This document shows positions 63,119-64,000 of a DNA stretch of 64,000 nucleotides, piece by piece. The notes beneath the pieces are model-generated. The model was not told the origin of the DNA and ran no database searches. It saw only the letters and a list, made by a program, of their open reading frames with translations. How positions within the stretch are numbered: the first letter of the stretch is position 1; the number at the start of each line of letters is the position of its first letter. Source of the stretch: Phoronis australis (taxonomy: Eukaryota > Animalia > Phoronida); the NCBI GenBank assembly GCA_002633005.1, contig NMRA01000182.1, positions 195,077 through 259,076 on the forward strand, given 5' to 3'. A program made the translations under genes and the position numbers.

Positions 63119-63581
63119 TTATTCAGAAGACAGCTTTTGATGATGTCCTAAAAAGTTGCAATACTTAACCTATGTTAATTATGTCAAGTCCAACTTCAAC
63201 TGTAATTAATAAGCAGGTCTGAATGTTTCAGTTCAACCAATCAATGAACTCCGCTCATTCGATGGTTTTATCATGCAGAATTTACAACAATGACATTATA
63301 AAAAACAAAAGAGTTTCGCCCCAAAACATGAGCCAAAACAAGGCTTTCTAAAGATGTCACTGAATGGGGATGCAGTTTGCTGTTTGCTCTTTTTCCGACT
63401 TCAAACCAGAAACTTTTTTCAGTACACAGTGTGTCAGACAAGATTCAACATGCAAGAAAAGAAAAGCATCGTTACCGGTATTAATAGAATTTTTTTTTTA
63501 ATTTTCAAAGGCACATTTATTCTAAACACCTAGTACAAAAATGCTGTCACTACTTTCAGATGTCCTATGGTCTTAGTTTAC

Positions 63582-63679
63582 CAAGGAATTCCGATTTGTA
63601 CCACAGGTTCGGTGTCTGCTGGTCTGGGACTGGAGTTTAGGGAATCGTCGTTAGATTTTAGAGGTTCTCTATTGTGGAA
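63582..63679 (-). CDS. Possible further upstream SON exon (FHNREPLKSNDDSLNSSPRPADTEPVVQIGIP)
   Basis: Open frame between a weak cag acceptor and a gtaaac donor. It ends in phase 2, compatible with the 60912 exon. No conserved motif. Confidence 0.25.
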
Positions 63680-64000
63680 CTGTATCCACGCCATTACAGC
63701 AGATATGTCAATCACAATCAATCAGCTGGTACAAGCAACATGACTTCTGTATGCATAGCATGATGGCTTGTCAATTGTGTGCAACTCCATAATGCACTGA
63801 GAGTGGACCTCAGATATTTAAGGTGAGTTTTTGAAACAAGAACGATTTAGTTTACTAGACAATTTTCAATTTTCAATGAAGACAATTCCTGTTGTTGGTG
63901 GTGAACTGTACATTTCTGTTCATGATGCCACTAAATTTCGTTTATTCTATCCCTTTCTCTGCAAAAGCGTAAACTTTAAAACTAAATTAAAACTACATTT

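Overview
AT-rich genomic DNA from an animal, probably an invertebrate bilaterian (inferred from the gene set, GT-AG introns and repeat types). It is not prokaryotic, and most ORFs in the supplied track are spurious. I read splice sites by hand and kept the reading frame across exons, which gives four recognisable genes. (1) RNF207, minus strand: 8 coding exons at 2347-9702, continuing off the left edge. (2) An intronless Porcupine (PORCN, Wnt O-acyltransferase), plus strand, 12072-13787, head-to-head with RNF207. (3) A complete 11-coding-exon kexin/furin-family proprotein convertase of about 889 aa, minus strand, 31001-43510, resembling the cnidarian 'PC3-like' type. (4) The 3' part of SON (RS region, G-patch, dsRBD), minus strand, 51040-60912. 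There is also an orphan 235-codon ORF at 23301-24008. The most unusual items: a higher-order tandem array inside a Helentron/HINE-like element in a SON intron, with 12 same-orientation CTCF-type motifs about 145 bp apart; a 61-bp minisatellite made from SON's own last codons and stop codon; a candidate 34-nt poison exon in SON; decayed tandem copies of an RNF207 exon start; and a 90-aa charged insert in Porcupine. No databases were searched; identifications rest on recalled family motifs.
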